DNA from: Vicinamibacterales bacterium | GTDB lineage: Bacteria; Acidobacteriota; Vicinamibacteria; Vicinamibacterales; UBA8438 | DNA length: 64,000 nt | Assembly: GCA_965205435.1 (NCBI GenBank) | Contig: CBDBHJ010000006.1 | Coordinates: 217,251 to 281,250, forward strand | Direction: 5' to 3' | Shown here: positions 44,441-52,929 of the stretch, in pieces | How positions within the stretch are numbered: position 1 is the stretch's first letter | How the letters are laid out: each line of letters starts with the position of its first letter | Notes under the pieces: model-generated | Told to the model about the DNA's origin: nothing | Databases searched by the model: none | What the model saw: only the letters and a program-made list of their open reading frames with translations | Position numbers and translations under genes: made by a program

Positions 44441-45340
44441 CTACTCCAGGAAGATGTCTCGATGCTTGACCCGAAGCCGAATGCCTGCGAGTCGTGGCAG
44501 TCGGCGTCGTAACCGTTCGGCGATCACGACCGATCGATGACGGCCGCCGGTACATCCAATGCCGACCGTGAGGTAGCTCTTCCCTTCACTCGAATACTGT
44601 GGGATCAAGAAACCCAACAAGTCGGTGGTCTTGTCGAGGAACGTCCCGGCTGCCTCCGCCTTGTCGACATACTCCTGGACGCCGCGGTCACGTCCGGTGA
44701 GCGGGCGCAGGGCTGGCACGAAATGCGGATTGGGTAAGAAGCGAACATCGAGCAGCAGGTCGGCCTCCAGCGGAATGCCGTGCTTGTAGCCGAAGCTGAC
44801 CAACGTCACGACGAGTTGCTTATCGGGTCCGCCGCGAGAGAGATCCATGAAGACGCGTCGCAACTCGTGCACCGTGAGATCCGACGTGTCAAAGACCTTG
44901 TCGGCGAGCTGCTTGACGGATTCGAGTTGCTCTCGCTCCTGAAGAATGCCGTCGAGCACCTGGTCGGCTCCTATTGGATGCGGCCGCCGAGTTTCAGAGA
45001 AGCGTCGGACCAGCGCGGCATCGCTGGCCTCCAGGAAGAGCACCACGGCTCCCAGCGTCTTCCGACGACGCAGGTCTCGGAGGGCGCTGGGGAACTGACG
45101 GAGAAAGTGCGGGTCACGCATGTCGACGACCACCGCGGCGCGCCCAATCGGGCGGTTTCGCCGGCTCAACATGTCGGCGAAGGTCGCCATCAGCGAGGTG
45201 GGTAGGTTGTCAACACAGAAGTAGCCCAGGTCCTCGAGCGCTCTGATCGCTTCGGATTTCCCAGAGCCGGACAGGCCCGTGAGCACGACGAAACGAGCCT
45301 CGGTGCCGATCAAGACCGGCGTGCGGCGGCTACTCTTCAT
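44441..45340 (-). CDS. rapZ: RNase adapter / nucleotide-binding protein RapZ
   Basis: VVLTGLSGSGKSEAIRALEDLGYFCVDNLP and C-terminal IGCTGGRHRSV. Confidence 0.88.
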   Translation of the reverse strand: MKSSRRTPVLIGTEARFVVLTGLSGSGKSEAIRALEDLGYFCVDNLPTSLMATFADMLSRRNRPIGRAAVVVDMRDPHFLRQFPSALRDLRRRKTLGAVVLFLEASDAALVRRFSETRRPHPIGADQVLDGILQEREQLESVKQLADKVFDTSDLTVHELRRVFMDLSRGGPDKQLVVTLVSFGYKHGIPLEADLLLDVRFLPNPHFVPALRPLTGRDRGVQEYVDKAEAAGTFLDKTTDLLGFLIPQYSSEGKSYLTVGIGCTGGRHRSVVIAERLRRRLPRLAGIRLRVKHRDIFLE

Positions 45341-45410
45341 GCGTCATGACCTGCGCTCAGGTGATGTCGCTGGGTGGCGCGCATGGCGCGAAGGGACGTA
45401 ACGCTGCGTC

Positions 45411-45740
45411 CTAATCGTCAGGCAGGGCGTCAACGACCGCGCGACGGCGACGTGTCTCCCATTTGCCTTTGAGCGTGTGGGCTTGCTGATCGACCTTGTC
45501 GATGGCGATGCCGATGGCCCGGGCCCAGGTCGGGTTCTCCCCTTCGCCATGCAGCACGTGGTCGCCACGCGCATGCAGCACGACCTCCGCGGTGCAGGTG
45601 GAGTGCTCCTGGCTCAAGATGACCTGAGCCGACACCGCACTGTCGTTCAGGACACGTTCGAGCTTCTCCAGCTTACGGAGAATCAGCTCGCGCACTTCTG
45701 AAGTGATTTCAACGTGACGTCCGGTGACCGTCGTCTTCAT
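45411..45740 (-). CDS. hpf: ribosome hibernation promoting factor (RaiA/HPF family)
   Basis: MKTTVTGRHVEITSEVRELILRKLEKLERV... 109 aa, directly downstream of rpoN. Confidence 0.85.
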   Translation of the reverse strand: MKTTVTGRHVEITSEVRELILRKLEKLERVLNDSAVSAQVILSQEHSTCTAEVVLHARGDHVLHGEGENPTWARAIGIAIDKVDQQAHTLKGKWETRRRRAVVDALPDD

Positions 45741-45782
45741 CGTTCGCGGGCATCTAATCGCCGAATCCAGTGGGTCCTGGGA

Positions 45783-47216
45783 TTAGTAGAGCACCTTGCG
45801 CTGACTGGATGTCGGAATCTTCAGCTCTTCGCGATACTTGGCAATCGTCCGCCGCGCCAGAATCAATCCTTCTTCCTGAAGCATACCGACGATGCGAGAG
45901 TCGCTCAAGGGCTTTTGTGGGTCCTCGGCCTCGACGATCTTCTTGATCCGCTGCTTGATCGTCACCGACGAAACACTCTCTCCGTAGGAACTGTGGATCC
46001 CACTGTGGAAGAAGTATTTCATCTCGAACACACCCTGGGGCGTGTGCATGTACTTGTTGTTGACGACCCGGCTCACAGTGGATTCGTGCATTCCGATGTC
46101 ATTGGCAACATCCCGAAGAACCAGCGGGCGCAGGTGTTCGATGCCCTGGTCCAGGAACTCCCGTTGGAAGTTGATGATGCTCGTCGCGACCTTGTGAATG
46201 GTCTTCTGACGCTGGTCGACCGACTTGATCAGCCACAAGGCCGATCGAAACTTCTCTTTGACATACGAACGAGTTTCATCACTGTTCTTGCTGTTCTTGT
46301 CCAGCGTCCGACGATAGACCGGGCTGATCCGCAGCTGCGGCAAGCCTTCCTCGTTGAGCATCGCCACGTACTGGTCCTCAACCTTGACGATATACACGTC
46401 CGGAATCACGTATTGCGACTGCGACGGGTTGTGGCGCGTCCCCGGCTTGGGATCGAGACGACGGATGATGTCGATGTGCTGTTTGACCTCTTCGATCGTC
46501 AGTTCGAGGCGGCGGGCGAGCTCGGGCAGCTGATGCTTCTGGAGCAGTCCGATGTGGTCGCGAATGATCGTCTCGCTGTATGTGTTCTCCATGCCGAGAT
46601 GCTTCAGTTGGAGAAGCAAGCACTCACGGAGGTTCCGCGCGGCGACGCCGACAGGATCAAACTCCTGGACGATGGCCAGTACTCGTTCGACGTCCGACTC
46701 GGGCCAGCCCCCCATAGCCACGATCTCGTCGGTCGAGGCCACCAGATAACCGTCGTCATCGATGTTACCGATGATGGCAGTGCCGATCTTGCGGGTCAGG
46801 TCGTCATCGCTCAGCGCCGAGAGCTGCCACATCAGATGCTCTGAGAGCGATCCGACAGTGGACAGGGTATTCTCGATCGGCGGAAGGTCCTTGACCTCCC
46901 TCGGCACTCTCGGACGGTATCCCTCGTCGAGATAGTCGCCAAAGAAGTACTCGTAGTCAGCGTCGTCCCACGTGTCCTGCTTCTCACTCGGAGGTTCAGG
47001 TTCGGGGTCCGGCTTTTCCACCTGGGCCTCGGCATCGGCCTGCTGAAGCTCTTCCGTGGTGACTTCCTCCAGCAGGGGGTTTTCGACCACCTCCTGGTTC
47101 AGCATGTCCATGAGCTCGAGCGTCGTCATCGGCAGCAGCTTAATGGCCTGCTGCAGCGATGGCGTCAGGATGAGCTTCTTGGAAAGCCGTGTCTGGAGCT
47201 TCTGGGTTATCGCCAT
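45783..47216 (-). CDS. rpoN: RNA polymerase sigma-54 factor
   Basis: Region I LTPSLQQAIKLLPMTTLEL, an acidic region II, and the C-terminal RpoN box ARRTIAKYRE. Confidence 0.93.
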   Translation of the reverse strand: MAITQKLQTRLSKKLILTPSLQQAIKLLPMTTLELMDMLNQEVVENPLLEEVTTEELQQADAEAQVEKPDPEPEPPSEKQDTWDDADYEYFFGDYLDEGYRPRVPREVKDLPPIENTLSTVGSLSEHLMWQLSALSDDDLTRKIGTAIIGNIDDDGYLVASTDEIVAMGGWPESDVERVLAIVQEFDPVGVAARNLRECLLLQLKHLGMENTYSETIIRDHIGLLQKHQLPELARRLELTIEEVKQHIDIIRRLDPKPGTRHNPSQSQYVIPDVYIVKVEDQYVAMLNEEGLPQLRISPVYRRTLDKNSKNSDETRSYVKEKFRSALWLIKSVDQRQKTIHKVATSIINFQREFLDQGIEHLRPLVLRDVANDIGMHESTVSRVVNNKYMHTPQGVFEMKYFFHSGIHSSYGESVSSVTIKQRIKKIVEAEDPQKPLSDSRIVGMLQEEGLILARRTIAKYREELKIPTSSQRKVLY

Positions 47217-47296
47217 TCCAAGTCCGGCGCGCAGCGCTGCCCTTTCAATCGACTGCGACGGCCGGCTTCTTCAATCACACCACTACAATCCTGATT

Positions 47297-48022
47297 CTAG
47301 TCCAAACGAAAATCTGCGCCCAGGTAGATGCGCTTGACTTCGTCATCGTTTGCTAGATCGGCTGGAGTCCCTTTTCGAAACACCGCTCCGTCGTGGACGA
47401 TGTAGGCGCGGTCGGTGATGCGCAGCGTCTCGCGCACGTTGTGATCCGTGATGAGCACGCCGATGCCGCGCTCCTTGAGATGGAAAATGATGGCTTGGAT
47501 ATCGGTCACCGCGATCGGGTCGATGCCGGCGAACGGTTCATCCAATAGGATGAAGGCGGGCGAGATGACCAGCGCCCGCGTGATCTCGACCCGGCGTCGC
47601 TCGCCACCCGAGAGGGTATGTGCCGGCGATTTTGCCAGCGGCGTGAGCCTGAGCTCGTCCAGTAGCGCCGCGACCCGCTCCCGACGCTCAGCACGTCCCA
47701 GGTTCAGCGTCTCGAGAATGGCCAGAATGTTCTGCTCGACCGTCAACCCCCGGAAGATGGAGGGTTCCTGCGGCAGGTAGCCGATCCCCTTCCGGGCCCG
47801 CACATACATCGGCGCGTCGGTCACGTCGGTGCCGTTCAGGATCACGGAACCCGAGTCCGGAGCGGTCAGTCCGACGGTCATATAGAAGGTCGTGGTCTTA
47901 CCGGCTCCGTTGGGCCCGAGAAGCCCGACGACTTCACCGGAGTGCAGGTCGAGGCTCACGCCACGGACGACCGTCCGCCCGCTGTAGGACTTGGTCAGCT
48001 TGTCAGTCCGGAGAGTGGCCAT
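47297..48022 (-). CDS. lptB: LPS export ABC transporter ATP-binding protein LptB
   Basis: Walker [10 protein letters not shown], signature [11 protein letters not shown], Walker [13 protein letters not shown]. Located between the LptC/A-like gene and rpoN. Confidence 0.9.
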   Translation of the reverse strand: MATLRTDKLTKSYSGRTVVRGVSLDLHSGEVVGLLGPNGAGKTTTFYMTVGLTAPDSGSVILNGTDVTDAPMYVRARKGIGYLPQEPSIFRGLTVEQNILAILETLNLGRAERRERVAALLDELRLTPLAKSPAHTLSGGERRRVEITRALVISPAFILLDEPFAGIDPIAVTDIQAIIFHLKERGIGVLITDHNVRETLRITDRAYIVHDGAVFRKGTPADLANDDEVKRIYLGADFRLD

Positions 48023-50158
48023 CTACCGGGTAAGCTCTGGACAGGCGCCGCGCACAGTTTCCGTGCGCACCTCGGATTCCCCGTCGACAGACACGGCGTC
48101 ATCGGTGAGGAAGAAGGTCAACGTTCGACCGATGGTCTTGCGACACTGAGATTCCATCTCCTCAATGATCTCCACCGGCCCGCCCTCCATTTCGTAGCGT
48201 CCCTCGGCGTCGTAGTACACGAGTGATTCGCCGGTGACCGACCGTCCAGGCATAGTGAGCTCGACCCTTCCCGCCGCCTCGATGCGCTCGAGCGTCCGAC
48301 TATCAGACATGAGGAAGACCGAGATTTGGTCGGCCGTGAGATCGCCACGAGGACCGGTCAACTGCGCGTCCGTCGTGTACGTGGCCCGGTGGAGGGTATC
48401 GTCGTACGTGAACTCGTCGGCCGTCCCGGTGGTGATCGACTCTTCTTGAAGCCCCGTTTCGTCGTTGATCTGGTTGATCATCGAGCGAGTGCGGACCGCG
48501 CCTTCGGCAGTAATGTTGCCATTGCCTTCGTCAAGGACGATCGTGTCGCCCACAAACTCCGTGGTGGCCTGCCATAGCCGCGCGCCCTCTGAGTAGACCG
48601 CCACGTCGGTCGCCCCGCCGTAGGCGAGATGACCCGCCGTCACATACGTGGGTTCGCTTGGCTCGAGCAGACCGGGCCGGCGCGCACCGTCGACCGCATC
48701 CACATCGGCTGGGTCTGTCACAAGGACGCTCTCGACCTCTCCCTCAGCCGTGATCTGACTTTCGTTCACCCCGAGTTCGATGACTTCGGCCTGCACCGAA
48801 CCCCGACGGTCCTCGACTCGTGGCACGCGACCGGCCGGACCGCTCGTCATGAGCTCGACGCGACCCCCGTCGACCGCATAAACGGCCTCATCGGCCACGC
48901 CGACCACGTCGCCGTTCTCGAACGTCACGTCACCGAAGAAGTGGGTCTCTCCAAGTCGCGTCATCCCGTCCGCCAACGTGGCGTCGAGACGATCCGCAGT
49001 GGTGACCATGGTGACTGGCGCACTGCCGTCGCCGAGCGAGATCTCCCGAAACGTCACATCACCCTCGAACCTCGCCTGCTCGAACCCCGCGGCGGACTGC
49101 CTGGTCACCGTGAGGAGGTCGGCGGTGACGGTCTGCCCGGCGGTTTCCGGACGCGCCGGGAGGCTGAGCGATACCTGGTTCCGTGCGACCAGCTCGACCA
49201 GGCCGATCCCATCGTCGTCGAACGCGAGTCGCATCGACCGGCTGTCGATCGTGCTGCCGGCCGCACCATCGGCACCGGCGATCTCAACGTGTGATCCGCC
49301 GGTCAGCACGGCGGTCTCGAGCGAGTCCGTTTCGGCATACGCGAGTCCGATGGTGCGAGCGGTCAGTTCCCGCAGGTTCCCCGCCTGAGGGTCAATGCTT
49401 GCGATCCGAGCGTCGCGCATCAGGTCGAGTGCCTCCACCGTCGTGCCCTCATGCTGGAGCACGGCCCGGCCGCGGCCGGCCGTCATTCGCTCGGTGTTGG
49501 TGTCGATGGTCACGTCGTCGCTGAACTCCATATACCGGTCGGTCTGCGCAAGCGTCGCGGCCCGGGACAGAATGCGCGTGCGGGTCGTGTCAGAGATGAG
49601 ATCGACGTGTGCGTCGTTCAGCAGGCGCAGCACGTCTTCGCCACGGTCGTACTCGGCGCCGTCACCGGCGGCATCCATCCCGTCGCGTCTGAAGGTTGTG
49701 GGTCCCGGCATGCGAACGACGCCGTCGCGTTCAGTGTACGAGGCGTTGTCGGTGGACGCCGAGAGGCCATCCGACGACTCCATTTCGACAGTACCGGTCA
49801 GTTCGACCGCCGTCTTGCCGGCATCGAGGGTCGCCTCGTCACCCGTGAGGACGAACCCGGCTCGGTCCTCACGGTCGGCCACAGTCACCTGAACGTTGTC
49901 AACCAGCCGGAGACCGCCGTCCCGGTAGGTGTCCTGGCGGTCGGCGACGACGCGAAGGTTTTCTCCAAGCGCGTCGGCCTGGACGATACGACTCCCGCGG
50001 GTCTGGATCACCGCGTCAGGGTCGGTTCGCTCGACCACCAGGGCGCGGGCGGGCTCCCCCCGCTCTCTCAGACCCACCACCACGGCCGCGCCGACGCCGA
50101 GAATGCACAGGATGAGCGCGCCGCGGAGGGACCGTCGCCACACCGACATAAGGATCAC
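48023..50158 (-). CDS. membrane-anchored multi-domain LptC/LptA (OstA-like) protein
   Basis: 711 aa. N-terminal TM anchor as in LptC, then several successive segments with the LptA/OstA pattern (A.....y......v.l.G.V.....). It occupies the lptC-lptA slot upstream of lptB. GTG start overlaps the recJ stop. Confidence 0.6.
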   Translation of the reverse strand: MILMSVWRRSLRGALILCILGVGAAVVVGLRERGEPARALVVERTDPDAVIQTRGSRIVQADALGENLRVVADRQDTYRDGGLRLVDNVQVTVADREDRAGFVLTGDEATLDAGKTAVELTGTVEMESSDGLSASTDNASYTERDGVVRMPGPTTFRRDGMDAAGDGAEYDRGEDVLRLLNDAHVDLISDTTRTRILSRAATLAQTDRYMEFSDDVTIDTNTERMTAGRGRAVLQHEGTTVEALDLMRDARIASIDPQAGNLRELTARTIGLAYAETDSLETAVLTGGSHVEIAGADGAAGSTIDSRSMRLAFDDDGIGLVELVARNQVSLSLPARPETAGQTVTADLLTVTRQSAAGFEQARFEGDVTFREISLGDGSAPVTMVTTADRLDATLADGMTRLGETHFFGDVTFENGDVVGVADEAVYAVDGGRVELMTSGPAGRVPRVEDRRGSVQAEVIELGVNESQITAEGEVESVLVTDPADVDAVDGARRPGLLEPSEPTYVTAGHLAYGGATDVAVYSEGARLWQATTEFVGDTIVLDEGNGNITAEGAVRTRSMINQINDETGLQEESITTGTADEFTYDDTLHRATYTTDAQLTGPRGDLTADQISVFLMSDSRTLERIEAAGRVELTMPGRSVTGESLVYYDAEGRYEMEGGPVEIIEEMESQCRKTIGRTLTFFLTDDAVSVDGESEVRTETVRGACPELTR

Positions 50159-51864
50159 TTTACATCAGCGACATTCAACTCGATGAAGGTCTCACCTCGG
50201 TACGTATTCTCGGTCAGCGAAAAGGCCATGTTCAGGGCTGAGCGGTGCAGGCGATAAAATTCCTGTCGCTCGGCGGCTCTCCAGGCCACCGCTCTGAAAC
50301 GGCGGCGCTCCTGTCGCACCGTCATTCTGAGATGCCGGTCTTTGAGCGTATGCGGTCCGTCGACGATCTCCACCGGCTTGGCCTGGAACACCGGTCGTCG
50401 ATTCCCTTGCCCGAAGGGCTCGAGCGCGCCGAGTCCCTCGAGGAGCGATTCGGTGATGCTCGACAGCGGTAGTGTCGCATCGATCCCCAGCCGAGGAATC
50501 AAGTCGTCGGGCCCCAACTGCTCGTTCGCGAGGTCGGTCAGTCGTCGCCGCAGCTCCGGCAGACGCTCGGCATCGATGGCCACCCCCGCCGCTTGACGAT
50601 GCCCGCCGAATCGTTCAAACAGGTCATGACACCGCTCGAGGGCGCCCAGGAGATCGAAGCCAGGGATACTTCGTCCCGAGCCATGGGCCACGTCGCCATC
50701 GACCGAAAGGACCAGCGTGGGACGACAGAACTGGTCGACGAGCTTCGACGCCACGATCCCGATCACACCGCGATGCCACCCTTCGCCCCAGACGACCAGC
50801 ATGTTGTGCGCACCAACGTCGGGGTCGGCGGCGATCACCCGACGTGCCTGCTTGAGAATCTCCGCTTCCTCCTCGCGCCGTCTCGTGTTCTCCGCATCCA
50901 GGCGCTCGGCGAGCTCTCGCGCTTCGCCCGCCTGTGACTCGTCCACGGCCAGAAGCAACCGCGTGGCGAGGTCCGGGGTCGCCATCCTCCCCGCGGCATT
51001 GACCCGCGGTGCCAGCATAAAACCAACCTCATAGCTCCCGATCTTCTTGCCCCCGAGCCCGCAGGCGTCGATGAGGGCCTGCAGCCCGGCGGTGTGCTTT
51101 CCACAGGTGAGCTGGTCGAGACCCAACCGTGCCATGACACGGTTCTCGCCGCGGAGGGGCACGACATCGGCGACGGTGCCGAGGGCGGCCAGTTTAAGGA
51201 AGCCCGGAATCCACCGAGCGTGACCTGTTCGGGTACACAGGGCCTGCACGACCTTGAACGCGACGCCAACCCCCGCCAGGTCCTTATCCGGATACGGACA
51301 GTCGGCGCGGCGCGGATTGATGACCGCCAGCGCCGGCGGCAACACCGAGTCTGGCTCATGGTGGTCGGTGATCACGAGATCAATGCCCACCTCATGTGCT
51401 CGCTCGGCCGCCGCGAGACTTCGAATTCCACAGTCGACCGACACGATCACCTGGATCCCCATCGCTTTGAGGCGGTCGATCCCTTCCGGTTGAAGACCGT
51501 AGCCATCGGTGAGCCGTTCCGGGATGTAGTGGATGACGTCGCCTCCGAGTAGCGAGATGACGCGTCGCAGCATGACCGTCGAGGTCACGCCGTCGACGTC
51601 GTAGTCGCCGTGGATGGCGATCCGCTCGCCGCCCTCGATCGCAGCGAGCAGGCGGTCCACTCCGATCGGCAGGTCGGTCACGAGGAGCGGGTCGTGGAGC
51701 TGATCGAGGTTCGGATTGAGAAACTGAACCGCAGCCTCCGGACTCGAGATGCCACGGAGGACAAGAAGGCGTGCGATGACGCGGTGGAGCCCCAGGGGTT
51801 CGGTGAGGGCGGTCACCTGGGTCTCATCAACCGCGGGATGGTCCCAGACGGCGGGGATCGGCAT
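50155..51864 (-). CDS. recJ: single-stranded-DNA-specific exonuclease RecJ
   Basis: DHH motifs IAIHGDYDVDGVTS, VDCG, VITDHHEP, plus a DHHA1 region GHRQAAG. Confidence 0.9.
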   Translation of the reverse strand: MPIPAVWDHPAVDETQVTALTEPLGLHRVIARLLVLRGISSPEAAVQFLNPNLDQLHDPLLVTDLPIGVDRLLAAIEGGERIAIHGDYDVDGVTSTVMLRRVISLLGGDVIHYIPERLTDGYGLQPEGIDRLKAMGIQVIVSVDCGIRSLAAAERAHEVGIDLVITDHHEPDSVLPPALAVINPRRADCPYPDKDLAGVGVAFKVVQALCTRTGHARWIPGFLKLAALGTVADVVPLRGENRVMARLGLDQLTCGKHTAGLQALIDACGLGGKKIGSYEVGFMLAPRVNAAGRMATPDLATRLLLAVDESQAGEARELAERLDAENTRRREEEAEILKQARRVIAADPDVGAHNMLVVWGEGWHRGVIGIVASKLVDQFCRPTLVLSVDGDVAHGSGRSIPGFDLLGALERCHDLFERFGGHRQAAGVAIDAERLPELRRRLTDLANEQLGPDDLIPRLGIDATLPLSSITESLLEGLGALEPFGQGNRRPVFQAKPVEIVDGPHTLKDRHLRMTVRQERRRFRAVAWRAAERQEFYRLHRSALNMAFSLTENTYRGETFIELNVADVK

Positions 51865-52907
51865 CAGTCGCCCGGCGCCTCCACCTGGCCCGCACGGCCC
51901 CCCGTCTCTGTGGAGGCCTCTCTCGATTGGTCGGCAGCCGGCGTAGCCGGGGTGGCCTCGAGGCCGACGTCGCCCATGCGGCGAAATTTCTGATACCGCT
52001 GTTCGAGGCGGTCGGTGGGCGACACGCCGGCGACTTGGTCGAGATTGATCCGCAGGGCCTGTTCGACCATCCGAGATGCCGCCTCAAGATCAGTGTGTGC
52101 GCCACCCACCGGCTCCGGGACGATCTCGTCGACCACCTTCAAGGTGAGGAGATCTCGGGCTGTGATCTTGAGCGCCGCGGCCGCCGTCCTCTTCTGTTCG
52201 GCGTCCCGCCAGAGAATCGCCGCACACCCCTCTGGTGGAATCACGCTATAGACGGCATGCTCTTGGATGAGGATACGATCGCCGATGGCGAGCCCCAGGG
52301 CGCCACCGCTGCCGCCTTCGCCGCTGATGATAACGACCACCGGCACGCGGAGCATCGCCATCTCCCGGAGATTCGTCGCGATGGCTTCAGCGACGCCCCG
52401 CTCTTCTGAGTCAATACCCGGGTACGCGGCCGGCGTGTCGACGAAGACCACGATCGGACGACCGAACTTGTCGGCGAGTCGCATCGCCCGCATCGCCTTG
52501 CGGTAGCCTTCGGGTCTCGCGTATCCAAAGTTTCGACGAATCTTCTCGCGCGTCCCGCGTCCCTTCTGATGCCCCACGACGAGCACCGCCTGTTCACCGA
52601 AGCGGGCCAGCCCACATACAATGGCCGGGTCGTCGGCGAAACGACGGTCGCCATGCAGCTCGGTGAACTCGCTGAAAATCCGTTTGACATAGTCCAGCGT
52701 ATGCGGTCGATTCGGGTGGCGGGCCACCAGAACCTGCTGCCACGGGCTGAGCGCCGAGTAGATTTCCTTGCGGAGCGTCTCAACTCGCTGCCGAAGCTCT
52801 TCGATCTCCCGATGTCGTTCCGGCGTTCGAGGAAGCAACTCCAGCGCTTCGATTTCCTTCAGCAGCACCTCGATCGGTTCTTCGAATTCCAGCGTCTCGA
52901 TTGGCAT
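51864..52907 (-). CDS. accA: acetyl-CoA carboxylase carboxyltransferase alpha subunit
   Basis: ...ARHPNRPHTLDY...LHGDRRFADDPAIVCGLARF...VDTPAAYPG. A short Pro/Ala/Thr-rich C-terminal extension follows. Confidence 0.9.
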   Translation of the reverse strand: MPIETLEFEEPIEVLLKEIEALELLPRTPERHREIEELRQRVETLRKEIYSALSPWQQVLVARHPNRPHTLDYVKRIFSEFTELHGDRRFADDPAIVCGLARFGEQAVLVVGHQKGRGTREKIRRNFGYARPEGYRKAMRAMRLADKFGRPIVVFVDTPAAYPGIDSEERGVAEAIATNLREMAMLRVPVVVIISGEGGSGGALGLAIGDRILIQEHAVYSVIPPEGCAAILWRDAEQKRTAAAALKITARDLLTLKVVDEIVPEPVGGAHTDLEAASRMVEQALRINLDQVAGVSPTDRLEQRYQKFRRMGDVGLEATPATPAADQSREASTETGGRAGQVEAPGD

Positions 52908-52929
52908 GGGGTTCAGGTTCTAAGGCGGC

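Noticed and set aside
44714-44729. Sigma-54 promoter-like TGGCAC motifs (also near 53973 and 60642)
   Set aside because: All lie inside coding regions. None has a correctly spaced TTGC -12 element (GG-N10-GC spacing is off by one or absent).
45714-46844. 376-aa + strand ORF
   Set aside because: It is antisense to rpoN, which has region I and the RpoN box. It is a shadow ORF with no motifs.
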